This document shows positions 46,038 to 48,065 of a stretch of DNA of 48,065 nt, piece after piece. This stretch comes from Planctomycetota bacterium. GTDB taxonomy: Bacteria; Planctomycetota; Planctomycetia; Pirellulales; Lacipirellulaceae. Both the position numbers and the translations under genes were made by a program. The first letter of the stretch is position 1. The number at the start of each line of letters is the position of its first letter. The stretch is from positions 1 through 48,065 of the forward strand of contig JBCCXZ010000026.1 of assembly GCA_039190745.1 (NCBI GenBank), written 5' to 3'. The notes beneath the pieces are model-generated. The model was not told the DNA's origin, did not search any database, and was given only the letters and a program-made list of their open reading frames with translations.

Positions 46038-46412
46038 CTATTCCTTTGGCGAGGCTCCTATGTCGACAATGCTGCAGGCAACGACGGGGTTAAGCCCCGC
46101 TGCCTCCGCCCGCTCGACGAGCTCGGGGCTTTCGCTACCGGGGTTGAGCCACAACTCCCTGCAGCCCTTGGCGGCGATCTCGTCGATCAGGCCCAGGCCC
46201 ACCGGCGGCGGCACGTAAAGACTGATCCGGTCGAGGCTTTCCGCAGGTACGTCTCCAATGGCCTGGAAGGCGGCCAAGCCCTCGATTTCCCCGCCCTTGG
46301 GGTTCACCGGGTAAACTTCGTATCCCTGGCGGAGGTACGCCCGCACGGCTTTGTTGCCGAACTTTTCAGGGTTGCTGCTTGCCCCGATGATTGCGATCGT
46401 AGGCTTGTCCAT
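46038..46412 (-). CDS. CoA-binding protein (YccU-like)
   Basis: IAIIGASSNPEKFG, GYEVYPVNP, LWLNPG, AC motif near the C-terminus. Confidence 0.9.
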   Translation of the reverse strand: MDKPTIAIIGASSNPEKFGNKAVRAYLRQGYEVYPVNPKGGEIEGLAAFQAIGDVPAESLDRISLYVPPPVGLGLIDEIAAKGCRELWLNPGSESPELVERAEAAGLNPVVACSIVDIGASPKE

Positions 46413-46428
46413 CCCTCTGTCCTTCGCG

Positions 46429-47667
46429 TTATTGGTCTCGGCGGGCGTCGAAGGCGTCCAGCATCTGCTCGTTCACAAACCACCGACGCCATGCCTTCTC
46501 GTCGTACTCGAAATCGATACCGCCGGACAGCTCCACCAGCGCCCGTCGGACCTCGGGGTTCTTCACGTCGACTGGAACCGCTTTAGCCCCACCGCCGCCA
46601 AAGCTGAATCCACCACTGCCGCCCCCCGCAGAGCTGCTCGAGAAGGATGTGCTGATCTGACCGGGGGGGGCGTCGTTCGGGGAGTAAGTATGCCGCGTTA
46701 CCAGCGCATCGATCAACGGGCTGATGGCCTCTTGGTTCCCAACGTGTTGCAGCGCCTGTGCCGCCGCGTTCACAGTCTCATTGTCAGAGTCATCCAAAGC
46801 CGCGACGTACGGCGATAGGGCGATCGGTTGTCCCCGTTCTAGCAGATGGTCCAACGATTGCAGCCGGGCTTCGAGATCGGGTTCTTGGATCGAGAGGGCG
46901 ACCAGCTGCCTCACAGCATTGGGATGATCGAGCCGCGCTAGGGATTCAACCAGCAGTGTCCGGAGCCTAGGGGTGTCGGTACGCTTCAGCAACCGGATGA
47001 TTGCGTTGGCGGCTAACGGGTCCTGGATGGAGGCGATACTGCGGACGCCTTCTTCGGCCCGGGTGGGGCGTTTGCTGCCTGCCCAGCTGAGCCATAGCTT
47101 CACATCGCGGTACCAGCGTGCTTCCGCTTCTTCCTCGCGGCGGGCGATTTCCCTGAGGGCCACGTCTTGCGGGGTGCGGTACTTGCCGTCGTAGGCCACC
47201 ATCCCTCGGCTGGCCATAATCTCGTCCCGCGTTTGCCAGCGTCCTTTGTGCCGCTGGTAACCGAGGTGGCTGCGTGCCTTTTCGTGGTCGGGTGTAAACC
47301 TGAGTACACGGCACCAGTGGTGTTTGGCCTGGTCGCTCAGTCGGTGGTCGCGGCACCACTGGGCAATTGCTTCGTGGGCCTCAAGCGTGTCGGGCATGCT
47401 GCGTAGCCGCTCTCGATAAAGCTCCGCAGGCCCCTCCTGCACAACGCGACGCACCGACATCGGAGGCAGTCGCAGCTCGATCCCGTTGTCCAAGAGGACT
47501 TGATACTCGCCCCCTTCCACGCGAGCGGCGGAACGCGCCTGCAGCGTGAAGCCGTTTACCAGTTCAACCGTTTCGTCGCCTCGGACGCTCGGAGCCAGGC
47601 CCGCAAGAGGAGCGAAGAGCATTGCAATCGCCAGGGGCGATCGGCTATAGCGATAGAGCATCCGCAT
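46429..47667 (-). CDS. Exported HEAT repeat protein
   Basis: Signal-like leader; W.....L..QA..H...L..TPDHEKAR..LGY....GRW module common in planctomycetes, then HEAT repeats; start uncertain (47661-47685). Confidence 0.75.
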   Translation of the reverse strand: MRMLYRYSRSPLAIAMLFAPLAGLAPSVRGDETVELVNGFTLQARSAARVEGGEYQVLLDNGIELRLPPMSVRRVVQEGPAELYRERLRSMPDTLEAHEAIAQWCRDHRLSDQAKHHWCRVLRFTPDHEKARSHLGYQRHKGRWQTRDEIMASRGMVAYDGKYRTPQDVALREIARREEEAEARWYRDVKLWLSWAGSKRPTRAEEGVRSIASIQDPLAANAIIRLLKRTDTPRLRTLLVESLARLDHPNAVRQLVALSIQEPDLEARLQSLDHLLERGQPIALSPYVAALDDSDNETVNAAAQALQHVGNQEAISPLIDALVTRHTYSPNDAPPGQISTSFSSSSAGGGSGGFSFGGGGAKAVPVDVKNPEVRRALVELSGGIDFEYDEKAWRRWFVNEQMLDAFDARRDQ

Positions 47668-47804
47668 CGTGAGTCGACTAGGCATCGCGGGCTTGGACAG
47701 GTCTCTGAGGCTTGTCCGGAGTTTGAAGGCTTGCTCCATTATAGCTGACTTCACCCGCTCCATAGCCTTCGCCCCTACCTTGTCCACCCGCTTCGACGCC
47801 TGTT

Positions 47805-48065
47805 TTGTCAGACTCACCCGATAAAACCGTGCAGCAGCACCGATCACAGGCTCAGGATGCGGTGTCGTGTGCCGTGCTGACCGTAAGCGATACCCGTACG
47901 CTAGAGACGGATCGTAGCGGTGCGCTTGCCCAGGAACTGATGGTCGAGGCCGGCTACACGGCAAATCACCGGTGCGTCATACCGGACGACGCGGCCACTA
48001 TTGAGGAGGCCTGAGAGGATTTGTCCGTTCGCAGGACTTCCAGGCCGTCCTCATCACCGGTGGCA
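47805..48065 (+). pseudogene. moaB: Molybdenum cofactor biosynthesis protein MoaB/MogA, frameshifted and cut by the window end
   Basis: AVLTVSDTRT.ETD.SG...VIPDD then TGA at 48012-48014; the -1 frame from 48011 continues LRGFVRSQDFQAVLITGG, the family signature. Confidence 0.75.

Noticed and set aside
47668..47964. N-terminal extension of the 511-aa minus-strand ORF
   Set aside because: It overlaps the moaB gene on the opposite strand; a signal peptide begins near 47667
48012..48014. TGA readthrough or selenocysteine in moaB
   Set aside because: The in-frame continuation (EDLSVRRTSRPSSS) lacks family motifs, while the -1 frame has AVLITGG

Overview
A high-GC bacterial chromosomal segment that reads as Planctomycetota, probably Pirellulales. 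This is inferred from gene content: a PEP-CTERM protein, a PVC-type CxxCH protein, a YTV-repeat protein, several HEAT/LRR proteins and two ECF sigma/partner pairs. About 41 genes are visible. They include housekeeping genes (hisS, rlmN, sufU-sufS, sppA, sixA, a lipoate ligase, a frameshifted moaB at the right edge), a YejABEF-like peptide ABC transporter and many exported proteins. I saw no rRNA, tRNA, CRISPR array, transposase or integrase. Five observations stand out. (1) A secreted 16-residue-repeat protein (42220-43383) is symmetric about a central turn, suggesting one giant antiparallel beta-hairpin with periodic unpaired cysteines. (2) Three divergent FliL-like paralogs carry lipoprotein or cleavable signals and sit with no flagellar genes nearby (24679-26289). 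(3) A C/A-rich to G/T-rich skew inversion, independent of coding strand, is centred near 13.3-15 kb. (4) A type-2 RNase H lacks the GRG motif. (5) A sigma-54-type promoter precedes the PEP-CTERM gene. All family calls come from motif recognition by eye; no searches were run.
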